From positions 1,018 to 65,017 of the IMG/VR virus record IMGVR_UViG_3300027743_000030: DNA of 64,000 nt; one strand, written 5' to 3'. Below are positions 35,540 to 46,061 of this stretch, one piece after another (position 1 is the first letter of the stretch; each line of letters begins with the position of its first letter). Position numbers and translations under genes: made by a program. The notes beneath the pieces were generated by a model. It saw only the letters and a program-made list of their open reading frames with translations. It did no database searches and was not told where the DNA came from. This DNA comes from a virus (Duplodnaviria; Caudoviricetes).

Positions 35540-36703
35540 TTAGTCCTGCCGGACATGCGTGATCTTCACGCGCCCATTGGCCCCGGCAAGCTGGTAGCCG
35601 TAGTAGTAATTGTCGCTTTGATTGCCCGATCCACCACCGCCCGGTGGCAAGCCGGCATTGCCTTGCATGGCGTACAAGCGCCCGCGTGCGGTGCCGCCGC
35701 CGGGCGAGCCGCCCAAGCCCCAAAACACTTGATGCGGGAAGCCACCCGAGCCGTCGATCATTTCCATCCCACCAGTGCCGCCCTGACCCGGCGTCGATCC
35801 CACTTCGCCGTCGAGGTTGCCGCCGCCGCCGCCAACGCATGACATGAGCACCGGGCCACTCTGAATCGAAATGCTGGTGGTGCCGCCGGGAAAACCGCGA
35901 TTGCCGCCGGCCTGATTGCCTTGCCCGCCAACGCCCACGATCAAGTTTAGAATCTGTCCGGTGACCACCCGCAGGTAGAGCAAGCCGTATTGTCCACCGC
36001 CACCGCCGCCGCCGCCGCCGCTACCAGTGCCAGCCGCACCGCCGCCGCCCGCGCCCCATGCCTCGATGCCGATATTGGTCACCCCGGTTGGCACCGGCCA
36101 GCTGGTCGAGGCGTTGAAAATCAGCACGGTGAGATCGAACGCATCACCGCCGAATTGCGAGGGTACTGGACCCACGACGTAGAACGATCCGCCGTAGAAA
36201 ATCGCCTCGAATGGCTTCAGCGCATATAGGTCTTGCGGCGCGAGATTCAGCCCGTCGTTGCGCACCACTGGCACCGGGCCATGGCCGTCGAGATTAACCG
36301 TCACCGGGCCGGTGTTGGTTTTCTCCGGCAGAATGCTCAACGTCATGAAGTTGTTGTAAGCGGTAGACGGTGGATCGAGCGTGGCGGTGAAGTTGTTGGG
36401 GCCGCCGACGAACACGGTGCCGCGTGGCAATCCGCGCTGGATCAGGTAGCGCGCGGCGAGTTCGAGGTTTGTCAATCGATTGGGATTGTACGGCAGCATG
36501 GCGCGGTCAATGAGCGCCTCTTGCTCGCTGATCAATGAGTTGACCACTTCCGGCCGCAAGCGCACGTCGCAGCCGTTGCCGTAGTACAGCGCAGCGGTGC
36601 CGACCGGCGCGGTGACAGGCGGGTAGGCGTGCGTCGGATTCAGCTGGTCGTTAGCATTCGGTGCCAGACCGCCATCAGCTGCAGCGGGGAAGATACCGCT
36701 CAT
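35540..36703 (-). CDS. Tail fibre/receptor-binding protein with glycine-rich domain
   Basis: N.GP.T.N.DG.G motif; W.VP.GVT....WGAGGGG; GANGRV.I. Confidence 0.8.
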   Translation of the reverse strand: MSGIFPAAADGGLAPNANDQLNPTHAYPPVTAPVGTAALYYGNGCDVRLRPEVVNSLISEQEALIDRAMLPYNPNRLTNLELAARYLIQRGLPRGTVFVGGPNNFTATLDPPSTAYNNFMTLSILPEKTNTGPVTVNLDGHGPVPVVRNDGLNLAPQDLYALKPFEAIFYGGSFYVVGPVPSQFGGDAFDLTVLIFNASTSWPVPTGVTNIGIEAWGAGGGGAAGTGSGGGGGGGGGQYGLLYLRVVTGQILNLIVGVGGQGNQAGGNRGFPGGTTSISIQSGPVLMSCVGGGGGNLDGEVGSTPGQGGTGGMEMIDGSGGFPHQVFWGLGGSPGGGTARGRLYAMQGNAGLPPGGGGSGNQSDNYYYGYQLAGANGRVKITHVRQD

Positions 36704-38730
36704 GTTTCACCCCTTTGCTGCACATGAATTCTTGATGTGAGCGTGGCGACTTGTTCTTCGAGTTGGTCAATGCGGCGCATTGCATCTTGCAATGCCTGGA
36801 TCAACGCCGGCACACATTTGGAATAGTCCACCGACCATGGCGTGAAACCCGTTTCGCCCGGTTCGCCCGTGCCCTTAACGACAGCTTGAGGCAGCACCGG
36901 CTCGAGTTCCTGCGCCATCAATCCAACGGCATGCCCACCGCCATCTTTCCAGTCGAATTCCTGCACCGCCAGCGCGTCGATGATTTCGCGGCCGCGCTCA
37001 AACGGTACGTTGTTTTCTTTCAACCGAATGTCAGAGCTTTCAGCGTACACGGTCGAATAATCGCTGATTCCGATCACGCCAACCTGGGTGCCGACGTAGT
37101 TGTTGAACGAGCACGCATAGTTGCCGGCACCGGACCCGCCGGTGGCGGATCGGCCCCAGAACGTGATGCCGATGTGGCCCCAATATGTGTTGATCTGACA
37201 TTCGGAGTTGCCGAAGAACGACACCGCGCCGGCCCCTCCGGTATAGGGGCCGATGCCGACAAGGCCATCGGTGCGACGAATGGTGAAAGAGTTCTGATTT
37301 ATTGCGCCGGCATCGCTGTAAGAGAAGATCTGAAAATCATCCCGCGCGGCGTTGCCAATGCCGCGCATTGACCAGCGCCCAACGGTGTTTTTCTTGAACA
37401 GTATTTCGCCAACGTAGGTTGCGCCCGGCGAGTCGACAACAAGTTGTGCATTGTTGGCGGCCGGCGCTTTCAGTGTGAGCGACGGCGCGTTGAACGTCGC
37501 GGTGCCGGTGGCGCGCGCAATCAACAGCGGCGTGGTGAGTTGTGAGTCGGCGTCGGAATAGGCATCGATGCGGAAATCGCTGCCGGCGTTGCTGCCGGCC
37601 TCGGCGGTGCTATCGCCCAGCACCAAACGCCACCGCCGCTTGTTGTCGATGCGATTGAACCCGCTGATGGCGGCATCGTTGCCTGGGTTCTTGTAGATGC
37701 GGAACGTCGGTGCCGGGTCGTTGATCCAAACACTTTTGAACTTGGCCACACCGGAAGCACGGTCGATCACCAGCGGCGAGTCGATGCGCGCGCCGGCATC
37801 GTCGCAACGGGTGAGGGCGTAGTTCGCACCGGCGTTCGCCCCTCCTTCCGGGTCGGCGTTCATTTCCGCCAGCCACCGGTCGGTGCCGTTGCGCTGGTAG
37901 TGCACGAACGCCGGATCGTTGGTTGCCGTGGAGCTGAGATTGAGTGCCGGCTGCAGTTTGGAGATGGTGACGTTGCCGGTAAAAACGCCGCCGGTGACTG
38001 GCATGTAGGACGGCCCGCCAGCTGAGATCGGCGTCCAGCCATTGTTCAAGCGGGCATAGGTTTGCCCGTCAGTCGGCGCGTCGCCGATCTTGGTGTCGGC
38101 GTATTGCTTCGGCACCGCCTCAAGCGGCAGCGTCGGATCGCCGTGCAGAATGAGCGGGCCGGTGAGCTGACCACCGGTGAGCTGCAGCACCTGAGTCCAC
38201 GCTGCACCCATGCGGCCATAAGCGAACGTGTCCACCGGCGCTTCCGGCATCGAGACAATAGCCGCGTCCACGTATGCCTTGCTGGCAGCATGCTCGGGCG
38301 CGCCGGGAATCACTGGCACCACCAGCGGGCCGGTCATGGTGTCGCCGGACTTGCTGACCTTGAGCGCGTCGCCGTCGTCCACGTACTGCTTGGTGGCGGC
38401 ATGGTTGGGGGCGGTTGGAGCGCCGGGCAGGATGATCGGCCCGGTCACGGCACCGCCGGCCGCGTCCAGCTTCAAGTCAAAGCGCGCGATCAGCGCGTCG
38501 CCGAGATTGGTCACCAGATTGGTGTTGAACGAGTAGCCCATACGATCGACAGCTGCCAGGAACTCGGAGCTGATCGAGTTCATCTGGCTGTCCGTGAGCA
38601 TGGTGCTGCAGTCGGACGCGATATAGAACGGCCCGCCACCGATCACCGTGTGGGCTGGGATATACCCGTTAGCAACACCCGGCCCAGGCGGCACGCCGCC
38701 CATATTTTCCGGTGGGAAGATTGCTGCCAT
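36700..38730 (-). CDS. Long tail fibre with C-terminal S74 intramolecular chaperone
   Basis: AATKQYVD/GDTMTG repeats; SSDIRLKEN...GLMAQE..VDYSK. Confidence 0.9.
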   Translation of the reverse strand: MAAIFPPENMGGVPPGPGVANGYIPAHTVIGGGPFYIASDCSTMLTDSQMNSISSEFLAAVDRMGYSFNTNLVTNLGDALIARFDLKLDAAGGAVTGPIILPGAPTAPNHAATKQYVDDGDALKVSKSGDTMTGPLVVPVIPGAPEHAASKAYVDAAIVSMPEAPVDTFAYGRMGAAWTQVLQLTGGQLTGPLILHGDPTLPLEAVPKQYADTKIGDAPTDGQTYARLNNGWTPISAGGPSYMPVTGGVFTGNVTISKLQPALNLSSTATNDPAFVHYQRNGTDRWLAEMNADPEGGANAGANYALTRCDDAGARIDSPLVIDRASGVAKFKSVWINDPAPTFRIYKNPGNDAAISGFNRIDNKRRWRLVLGDSTAEAGSNAGSDFRIDAYSDADSQLTTPLLIARATGTATFNAPSLTLKAPAANNAQLVVDSPGATYVGEILFKKNTVGRWSMRGIGNAARDDFQIFSYSDAGAINQNSFTIRRTDGLVGIGPYTGGAGAVSFFGNSECQINTYWGHIGITFWGRSATGGSGAGNYACSFNNYVGTQVGVIGISDYSTVYAESSDIRLKENNVPFERGREIIDALAVQEFDWKDGGGHAVGLMAQELEPVLPQAVVKGTGEPGETGFTPWSVDYSKCVPALIQALQDAMRRIDQLEEQVATLTSRIHVQQRGET

Positions 38731-38793
38731 TCGTCCCGCCCCGCTCGGTTTCGGCGGGATAATAGACACAAATCCGGTAAAGCGGAAACGGTA

Positions 38794-39276
38794 CTAAACG
38801 TCGAGGTAGCGGCGGCGGGCCTGGATCGCCCAGATCGTGCCCCTTGTCACACCAAACTGCGCCGCCAGGGCATCGCGGGAGAGATCGCTGGCGCGGATGG
38901 CCCGAATTTGCCTCGCGTTGAACTTGGCACGAGCCGCCCTCACGCCCTGACTGATCACGGATCGAGGCCGCCGGTTGTTGTTCTGCTCGGTCCACGTCGC
39001 CCAGCAGCAGTTGTCCGGCCCATATCCTCGGTCATTATCGATACGTTCCAGCGTGAGGCCGGCCGGCTTTTCGCCCATATCAGCGAGAAAGTTGGCGAAC
39101 GATCGCCAGCGATCGCACACCGTTATGCCGCGATCGACATAATTCGGCTCGCGACGGCAGCGCGAGCGCATGTCCTTCCACGCCTGATAGGTTGGTGTGA
39201 TCTTGCCGTTTGAGGCGTGGCCGTGCGTCACCGGCCCGACTGGCTTACATGATGCAGTCCGCTTCACTTTTTTCAT
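38794..39276 (-). CDS. HNH homing endonuclease-like protein
   Basis: TY.AW..MR.RC, RGITVC.RW.SF.NFL.DMG, TLERIDND.GY.P.NC.WAT..EQ.NN; C-terminal HTH. Confidence 0.9.
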   Translation of the reverse strand: MKKVKRTASCKPVGPVTHGHASNGKITPTYQAWKDMRSRCRREPNYVDRGITVCDRWRSFANFLADMGEKPAGLTLERIDNDRGYGPDNCCWATWTEQNNNRRPRSVISQGVRAARAKFNARQIRAIRASDLSRDALAAQFGVTRGTIWAIQARRRYLDV

Positions 39277-40156
39277 ATACGCACCAAAAAGCATTCCTCG
39301 GCAGAATCTGCGGCAGCAGCCACTTCCAGACCTCATAATACTCGGGGTCGTGGGGCTGTGGCGACGGCACGGACGGCAGCAGGCAATTGGGCGGGATCAC
39401 GCGCTGACCGGGCCACATGACGATGTTGAGCGAAAGCACCGGATGGTAGCACGTCGGCACCATCGGGATCAGCTCGCCCTTGCCAGGGATCGGATCGTCA
39501 GCGCAGTTGATCTTATCGGGGCAGGACTGCTGGTCCCGCGCCATCGTCCACCAGCCGCTGGGGTGCTCGGCCGGGCAGTCGAATTGCCCGGCATAGCGCA
39601 TCACCATTTGTGCCCCGAACAGTGCCGCGAGCTGCGTGAGGAAATCCCAATTCATCACCTTGAACTTGAGCGACCAGATCAGACAGATCAGCAGCGACAA
39701 CACCTTGTCGCTCCACTCGCCCTCGCATTCGTCGGGAAACGTGATGCCGAGCCGGCGCGCCCACAGCTTCACGGTGAGCTGTGCACGGCAAGGGTCCAGC
39801 TCGCGGAGCAAGACGCACAGCGCCTCAACAGCAGTAAAGCCCACCGCGCCGAACGAATCGATTAGCGGACTGCCGACCAGCGGCTCGTCCGTGCAGGCGA
39901 TCTGATCCTCGCAACAGCCGCCGACGATCAGCTGCTGGCAGCCCACCTTGTTGCAGCCGACAGCGGTCGCGCCGAGACTTTGCGACGGTGGAATCGGCAC
40001 CGGCTGCGTGGTGGCGTTGTAGACCTGTCCTTCCGGCGCAAACGAGCGCACCGCACAGATAAAGAAGTCCTCGTCCACATCGCACGGCGACGGCCCACAG
40101 CAGCCGTCCGGCACGCGGCATTGGATGCCCGGAAGATCGGGGCCGGATAGGTTCAT
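39245..40156 (-). CDS. Baseplate wedge protein (Mu gp48-like by position), Cys-rich
   Basis: Downstream of gp47-like gene; RELDP..A.L...W.R.LG. Confidence 0.6.
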   Translation of the reverse strand: MNLSGPDLPGIQCRVPDGCCGPSPCDVDEDFFICAVRSFAPEGQVYNATTQPVPIPPSQSLGATAVGCNKVGCQQLIVGGCCEDQIACTDEPLVGSPLIDSFGAVGFTAVEALCVLLRELDPCRAQLTVKLWARRLGITFPDECEGEWSDKVLSLLICLIWSLKFKVMNWDFLTQLAALFGAQMVMRYAGQFDCPAEHPSGWWTMARDQQSCPDKINCADDPIPGKGELIPMVPTCYHPVLSLNIVMWPGQRVIPPNCLLPSVPSPQPHDPEYYEVWKWLLPQILPRNAFWCVYEKSEADCIM

Positions 40157-41397
40157 CTTGTTGCCCGCCTCTGATCAAGCAGCTGTTGCAGCAACGGTGG
40201 TGCTGGCTGGAAGGTGGACTCACGCAGCTCAACATCCTCCAGCACAAGAAAGTGGCCGCAGTCGAGATAGGCCCAGGCGTTGTCTTCGCGGCGCAGCGAG
40301 TCATCAAATTCCAGCGTCACGTCAGCGAAGCAATTGGCGGTGCCGGATGCGTCCATGGCAGCGGCGCGGATGTGCTCCTTGCAGATTTTGCTGCCGACGC
40401 AGTACACGCCGCGAATGAAGGCGCGGAGCGCCTGGATCATCCGCTCACGGGCATCGATCGGACAGCCCTGGAAGCAGTGCGCGACCACGGTGAGCATGGT
40501 CGGAAGCGCCTGATAGTAGCGGCCGACAATGCCGACCGGGGCCAAGCCTTCGCCCTTGCCGGGATTGTGCCCCCACATCCACTCATTCATGGCGTCGATC
40601 ACTTCGCACGGCGGCACGCCGTAGGGTGCATTGTCACGATCGCCGAACGCGCCTTCCATAAAGGGATAGATGCTGACCATCTGCGGATCACAACAGCCCT
40701 CGCATTCCTCGACGCAAGCGCGCGTGACGCCGGGATAAGTCGAGGTCGTCTCGACATACCACTTGAGATTGGTCGAGATTGCATTGGCGCGCTCGGCCGC
40801 CACGATGCGTGCCCGCAGCGAGTCGCAGCTTTCATCGTCACTGCCGCCGGTCATGCCGTTGCCCACCACGATCGCATCGATATCGATGCCGGGATAAGTC
40901 GTGGTGACGATCAACGCTGTGCCGGCTGGCATGTCGAACGCGGAGCCACCGGTGACCGAGACGACACGCACCACGGCACGGCCGGTGGTGTCGATCGTGG
41001 TGGGATTGAACGCCACGCCGGGATCAAGCTTGTATTCCCGCGCATCACCGGCAAAGCGAATGTTGGCGGGGATCACTGCGCCAGCGTCACCAGTGATCGC
41101 GACATAGCCCTTGGAGCGGGTCGCGGCGCGGAGATTGATGCCGTGCTGTGCGCCATAGATCACCAGATTGTCGCAGCACATGGTGACCGGATTGTTTTCT
41201 TTCAGCGCCTGCGTGACGAAGCCGTGCATGGTGTTGACCGCGCCGGCCATCACGAAGGCGAGCACGTCCTCGACCGACATGGGCAGCACCGGCGCACCGC
41301 CGAGCAGTCGCTTGCTCAACTCGGTGGCGATCGCCGATTGCAGCTCGCCGATATCAGGACGCGGCAGCGTGCATGAAATGTCGGTGATCAGTGCCAT
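40153..41397 (-). CDS. Baseplate J / Mu gp47-like protein
   Basis: R.AT...G...ITG..G.VIP, GG.D.ES..SLRAR, PGVTRA. Confidence 0.9.
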   Translation of the reverse strand: MALITDISCTLPRPDIGELQSAIATELSKRLLGGAPVLPMSVEDVLAFVMAGAVNTMHGFVTQALKENNPVTMCCDNLVIYGAQHGINLRAATRSKGYVAITGDAGAVIPANIRFAGDAREYKLDPGVAFNPTTIDTTGRAVVRVVSVTGGSAFDMPAGTALIVTTTYPGIDIDAIVVGNGMTGGSDDESCDSLRARIVAAERANAISTNLKWYVETTSTYPGVTRACVEECEGCCDPQMVSIYPFMEGAFGDRDNAPYGVPPCEVIDAMNEWMWGHNPGKGEGLAPVGIVGRYYQALPTMLTVVAHCFQGCPIDARERMIQALRAFIRGVYCVGSKICKEHIRAAAMDASGTANCFADVTLEFDDSLRREDNAWAYLDCGHFLVLEDVELRESTFQPAPPLLQQLLDQRRATR

Positions 41398-41398
41398 G

Positions 41399-42022
41399 TC
41401 AGAAGCCTCCGAATGCCGAGCCGAACGGGCGCTTGGCCTGTCCTGGCCGATACTCTTCCCACAGCCACGTCGAGTCGGGCATGGCCATGCCTTGAAATGC
41501 CATCGTGCGGCTGATGCCGGGGCCGGTGATCTTGACGATTAGACTCATGACCTTGCGGCTGGTGTACAGCGTGGTCACGTCCAGCGTGGCGACAATGCCC
41601 CAATTGATCAGCCAGTTCAGGGCTTCGAGCGCATACCGTTTGGCGGTGATCAGCGCCTCGTTGGTGGCGTAGCTCCATTTCAACGACCATAGTTTGGAGC
41701 CAGTCGAGAACTGGTCGGTGCGAAACGAGTCGGCCCACCAGCCGCCGTCAGCTTTGCCGAGCGGATGCTCCTCGCACTCGACGCGCCCGCGCGTGAATAG
41801 CTGACGGATGATCCAGCTCTCTAGCCACTTGTCGCGATCGAGCGTGCCGAGATTGTTGACGTGCAGCGCAGGATTGCCGCCGGTGCAGTCGGTCGGACAC
41901 GGGGCCGGCGTGCACTCGGGCACGCGCCGCATGGTAATCGGCCGTTCGAATAGCGGATAATTGACGGTGCGACAGACCGGCTGCGGCGGTGCGCAGATCG
42001 CGCCAGGGCTAACTGTGGCCAT
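41399..42022 (-). CDS. Mu gp46-like baseplate protein
   Basis: LFT, GGWWAD, GSKLW.L, A..YA.EAL.WL. Confidence 0.88.
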   Translation of the reverse strand: MATVSPGAICAPPQPVCRTVNYPLFERPITMRRVPECTPAPCPTDCTGGNPALHVNNLGTLDRDKWLESWIIRQLFTRGRVECEEHPLGKADGGWWADSFRTDQFSTGSKLWSLKWSYATNEALITAKRYALEALNWLINWGIVATLDVTTLYTSRKVMSLIVKITGPGISRTMAFQGMAMPDSTWLWEEYRPGQAKRPFGSAFGGF

Positions 42023-42079
42023 GATCTATCCCCTCACTTGAATCTCGGCGCGCGGACAAGATACCACGCCGCAGCGGGT

Positions 42080-42844
42080 TCATGGATATCGATACCGCAC
42101 GATGACGATCCCCGGATTGCCGTTGTATGAGTTGCCCGCCAATGCACCGCCGCCACTCCCATAGCCTGTAGAGAAGTTGTTGATAGGACCACCGCGTGCG
42201 TAGGTCTGTGCTGTTCCGCTGATTGAACTGCTTATGCCCGCGCCAGCGACGCTATAAGCGCCAACACCTCCCGCACCACCGCCGCCCGATCCGACACCGC
42301 CGGAATAACCATTACCGCCGGGATATCCTTGACCCGCTATTCCAGCGCCGCCCGAATAGACGTTGCCGTCATTCTGAAAGCCTACGCCGCCACCGCTTCC
42401 TCCGTCGCCGCCATAATAAGAACCGTAACTGAATCCATTGAACCAACTGTACGCTCCGCGACCTCCCCCGGTCGCAACGATCGTATCGAACGCTGAGTTA
42501 CCACCGTAGCCGCCCATAGCAATTGACTGATTGCCGCCAGCGCCGTAGCTACCAACGGTGACCGCATAGCTTCCGACTCCCCGAGTCGTCGTGCCCTGCA
42601 ACAATCCACCCGCGCCACCGCCACCGCCATAAGCGCCGCCGTTGTTGTTTGCGCCGCCGCCACCGCCTCCCGCGACAACAAGATATTCAAGGGTGACAAG
42701 GCCGGGAGCCGAAACGATCTGAAGAGTCCCGCCGGCAGTGAACGTGTGAACTCGATAGCCGGCGATGTCAGTGATCACGCCGCCGACGGCAACGACTGGT
42801 GCGGCGCTAATGATGCCAAACGATGGCGGTGCGAGTGGAAACAT
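42080..42844 (-). CDS. Glycine-rich tail-associated protein
   Basis: YRVHTFT..G, EYLVVAGGGGG, G.VIVRY. Confidence 0.8.
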   Translation of the reverse strand: MFPLAPPSFGIISAAPVVAVGGVITDIAGYRVHTFTAGGTLQIVSAPGLVTLEYLVVAGGGGGGANNNGGAYGGGGGAGGLLQGTTTRGVGSYAVTVGSYGAGGNQSIAMGGYGGNSAFDTIVATGGGRGAYSWFNGFSYGSYYGGDGGSGGGVGFQNDGNVYSGGAGIAGQGYPGGNGYSGGVGSGGGGAGGVGAYSVAGAGISSSISGTAQTYARGGPINNFSTGYGSGGGALAGNSYNGNPGIVIVRYRYP

Positions 42845-43819
42845 TTATTGGTTTACGCCCTTGGCTACGCCGATTAGATCGTAGGTCGTGCCACTCCATC
42901 GAAATGTCAGGTGATCCCGCATCGTGCCGCTGACCCATGGGCTTTGCGTGTAATTTGCGAGTCCTTTGAAATTAGCGCCCCACGTAACAGCGCCAGCGGC
43001 TGTCATCGAGATCGTGATTGATGTGTAAGTCCCGACTGCTGGATTGACTGACGGATTCGCAATAGTGAATGCGCCAGCAACTGCAGCAGTGAACGCTTGC
43101 GCTGCGGAGAAGTCCGCAGCCACCCCGTTGACGAGTGCAACCGGCACTGAGGTATAGATCGGGACGCCCTTGATCGTGGTTGCGTCCACCCAGACCGCGA
43201 TTTGACCGGCGACCGGCGTACCCGAGCGCATGACATCGCCGACGCCAGCTGGCCCTTGCGGGCCAGTGTCGCCTTTCACCCCCTGCGGTCCTGTCGGCCC
43301 GGCCGGGCCGGTGGGGCCGGTGGGACCAGCGGGACCGACTGGACCGGGCACGGTGGAAGTTGGTCCGGTGGGACCGGTGGGGCCGGTGGGACCGGCGGGG
43401 CCGGCAGGACCGACTGGACCGGGCACGGTGGAATCAAGACCCGGAGGTCCAGGCGCTCCGGCGGGGATCGGCACCGGCGGCCCGACGAACCCGGCTTGGT
43501 CGGTGTATTCGAGCGCCTCGCCCGGTTGCAGGGCGAGCTTGTATAGCCGCGCGACCGTCGCGCCATCGGTGTGCAGCACCGCCACGTCGCAAGCAATCGC
43601 ATCCTTGTTGCGGATGTGCAGCGCCTTGACGTTGCGCTGCGCCGATGCCGCAGGCGCGCCGACTACGGTCGTGGTGGTCGCGGTCGTGATCGCGAGATTT
43701 GCGCGGCCGGGCGTGATCACACCAGCCAGAGTGTCCACCCAACTCGCATGCACGTCGAGCGCCGCCGCTTGGCCGCTGACGACTTGCAACGCATCCGACG
43801 TTGAGGTGAGCAGGATCAT
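42845..43819 (-). CDS. Collagen-repeat fibre protein
   Basis: GP(A/T/V) triplets; N-terminus paralogous to 43816-44778. Confidence 0.8.
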   Translation of the reverse strand: MILLTSTSDALQVVSGQAAALDVHASWVDTLAGVITPGRANLAITTATTTTVVGAPAASAQRNVKALHIRNKDAIACDVAVLHTDGATVARLYKLALQPGEALEYTDQAGFVGPPVPIPAGAPGPPGLDSTVPGPVGPAGPAGPTGPTGPTGPTSTVPGPVGPAGPTGPTGPAGPTGPQGVKGDTGPQGPAGVGDVMRSGTPVAGQIAVWVDATTIKGVPIYTSVPVALVNGVAADFSAAQAFTAAVAGAFTIANPSVNPAVGTYTSITISMTAAGAVTWGANFKGLANYTQSPWVSGTMRDHLTFRWSGTTYDLIGVAKGVNQ

Positions 43820-44778
43820 AGCTTGATCATCACATTCCAGAATGCGGTTGGTTGCATCACGTTGAACGGCGTGCCGCTACCGGCGGCATCAATCGTCACG
43901 GCGGTGCTTGTGCTGATAGAGTTTGAGTCCACGGCCACGAGGACATTGGGCTCGGTGCCGCCATAGGTGATGGTCGCGCCAGCCCAGGCCCAGAGATAAT
44001 TGAAAGTGGTGCGCCCGCCGTGGCCGTGCGGCACCAACTCGGCCAGCGTCTGCGTATGCCGTTCCTCACCCAACGTTTGGCCAAGCGTGCGCGCGGTCAG
44101 GCCGCCGCCTGCGCCAGCAATGGCGAGTGCGCGGCCGAGTTGCTTGGTCAAGCTCATCCGGCAATGCGCCGCCCAGGCTGACACTGCGTCGGTCTGTGCG
44201 GCGCGCGTCGTGGCAGTGCCCGTGCTGGTGAAGATCGGCGCGTTGGTATCGTTGATGTTGTTGAACAGAAGGGTAAACAGATTTTTGGTGTCGAGGTTGG
44301 CGCGCGTGGCCCCGGAGAGATCGTCGCCGATGGTGCCATCGTTCATGATGACCCAACCGGGATCGGCCACGGTCTTGAGCGTGAGCTTGGCGTCGCCAGT
44401 GGTGAAGCCTGCGCTCGACGCCGCGACGGTGACCGCAATCAGGAAGCCGTGCTCATCGATGTATTGCAGCGTGGCGGCTGGCTCCAGCGTAACCTTGTAG
44501 AGCTGCACCACAACCGCGCCATCGGCGTGTTGCACGGTGATGTCATTGGCCGCTGCGCCGCGATTGGACACCCACAGGCTTTTGAGATTGCGTTGCTTGC
44601 CGGCCGGCGGCGGCGGCACCACGTCGGTCGTCGCTGCGGTGGCAATGGCGGTGTTGGCGCGGCCGGGAGCGGTTGAGCTTGGCGGGGTGTTGTCCAGCCA
44701 ATCGGCGTGCACGTCGATCGCGCCTGCAACACTGGTAACGAGCTGCAGCTTATCGGTTGGGCTGGTGAGCAGGATCAT
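43816..44778 (-). CDS. Tail collar-type fibre protein
   Basis: TGD.K......GW...DG.TIG; LG...GEERH..T..E...H.H; N.MQPT. Confidence 0.8.
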   Translation of the reverse strand: MILLTSPTDKLQLVTSVAGAIDVHADWLDNTPPSSTAPGRANTAIATAATTDVVPPPPAGKQRNLKSLWVSNRGAAANDITVQHADGAVVVQLYKVTLEPAATLQYIDEHGFLIAVTVAASSAGFTTGDAKLTLKTVADPGWVIMNDGTIGDDLSGATRANLDTKNLFTLLFNNINDTNAPIFTSTGTATTRAAQTDAVSAWAAHCRMSLTKQLGRALAIAGAGGGLTARTLGQTLGEERHTQTLAELVPHGHGGRTTFNYLWAWAGATITYGGTEPNVLVAVDSNSISTSTAVTIDAAGSGTPFNVMQPTAFWNVMIKL

Positions 44779-44781
44779 GCG

Positions 44782-46011
44782 TCACCAGACGTAGAGGCTG
44801 GAGTCGAGCGGCGCGGCCATCATGCCGCCAGTCCCTGGCGGCCCCTCCGGTCCCGCTGGGCCGGTTTCGCCGGCTGGCCCTGGTGGACCTACCGGCCCCT
44901 GTGCTCCAGGCACTCCCTGGGGGCCGGGCGGGCCGGGCGGCCCCTCCGGGCCGGGGGTTCCCTCCCCGCCGCCGGTGGCGTGGCTAGTCAGGTTGCCGAG
45001 CCCGTCGAGGTACAGCGGCTCGGCGATCGCCAGCGCCAGCTCCTGATCGGCGTCGAGATAGAACGGCTTTTTATAGTGCAGGGTGATATTCGCGCCGGTG
45101 ACCTTGATCGGCGGGCTGGCCGTGGGCGGTGCGCCGCCACCGCCGCTGATGATCTGCCCCATCTGGTTCTGCAGCTGCGCGACTGCAGCGCCGACGCCGA
45201 GCAGAGAGACGACACCATCCTTGCTGGTGGCCTGCCACGGCTTGGAGCCGTCCGGCCCCTTGGCCAATCCTTTCTCGCCGCCGCCCTCGCCGTCGCCGCC
45301 GCCGCCGCCTTCGTCATAAGCATCGAACGTCACCGCGTCCTGCGCCGGTGTCACCGACGCATTGCCGCCGGCCCTGTGGTCGCGAGCGTGATGGATGGCA
45401 CCGACGTAAACGCCGCCCGACGCTTCGAGATAGACTTTACCGTCAACCTTTTGCTTGTGCTCCTTGGTGGCGAATTGCGTGCCGTTCGCCGCCTTGACGT
45501 CGAAGTTGCCTTGAGTGTTGTAGCCCTGGCCCTTGTCGGCATTGTTCTTGAAAACGTTTTTGGTGGTGCCGCTGACTTTCTGGTCCTTGCCGTCCCAGTG
45601 CATGCCGGCGACTCGACCTGAGTCTTTGGTTTGCCCCGGCTCGGGATCGTCGCTGCCGCCGCCGTTGCCGCCGCCGGCTCCGTTGCCGCCCTGCTTCTTT
45701 TCCTTCTTGTGCCGGATGAAAAGTTTCTTGTCGTCCGGTGCGTAGGCAAATGCTTCGTTCTCGTCCGGCTGCGGATGCTCCTCGCGATCGCCGATGATCC
45801 ACGCAATGACACGGCGTGAGCTGTCACCGCCCACGTCGGCGGTAAAGACTTCGTGCTTGTCGGACGGCTTGACGTGCGCGACGTAGCCAACGGGATGCAG
45901 CACGTCCAGCTTGTCGTTCTCGATCTTGCTGCCGGTGATGACGCGAGCGCGGAGCAGCTTGCCGTCGTTGTAAACCTTCTTGAGATAGCCACGCCGGATC
46001 ATGTTGCGCAC
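44782..46011 (-). CDS. Baseplate spike (Mu gp45-like) with C-terminal collagen extension
   Basis: HPVGY..H, GGD.S; position after hub; [13 protein letters not shown] repeats. Confidence 0.75.
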   Translation of the reverse strand: MRNMIRRGYLKKVYNDGKLLRARVITGSKIENDKLDVLHPVGYVAHVKPSDKHEVFTADVGGDSSRRVIAWIIGDREEHPQPDENEAFAYAPDDKKLFIRHKKEKKQGGNGAGGGNGGGSDDPEPGQTKDSGRVAGMHWDGKDQKVSGTTKNVFKNNADKGQGYNTQGNFDVKAANGTQFATKEHKQKVDGKVYLEASGGVYVGAIHHARDHRAGGNASVTPAQDAVTFDAYDEGGGGGDGEGGGEKGLAKGPDGSKPWQATSKDGVVSLLGVGAAVAQLQNQMGQIISGGGGAPPTASPPIKVTGANITLHYKKPFYLDADQELALAIAEPLYLDGLGNLTSHATGGGEGTPGPEGPPGPPGPQGVPGAQGPVGPPGPAGETGPAGPEGPPGTGGMMAAPLDSSLYVW

Positions 46012-46061
46012 TTTGTGCGACAGATGATCGACGTGCTACCATGACCAATTGGGACCGCCCA

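Noticed and set aside
38735-38790. Short reading RICVYYP after the HNH gene resembling the gp48-like end (WCVYE)
   Set aside because: The match is too short to claim a duplicated gene end.
43290-43440. Direct DNA repeats in 42845-43819
   Set aside because: Explained by collagen-like Gly-Pro-X coding repeats.
35540-44778. Diversity-generating retroelement or invertible fibre cassette
   Set aside because: No reverse transcriptase, no template/variable repeat pair seen, and no inverted repeats or reversed fibre ends noticed.
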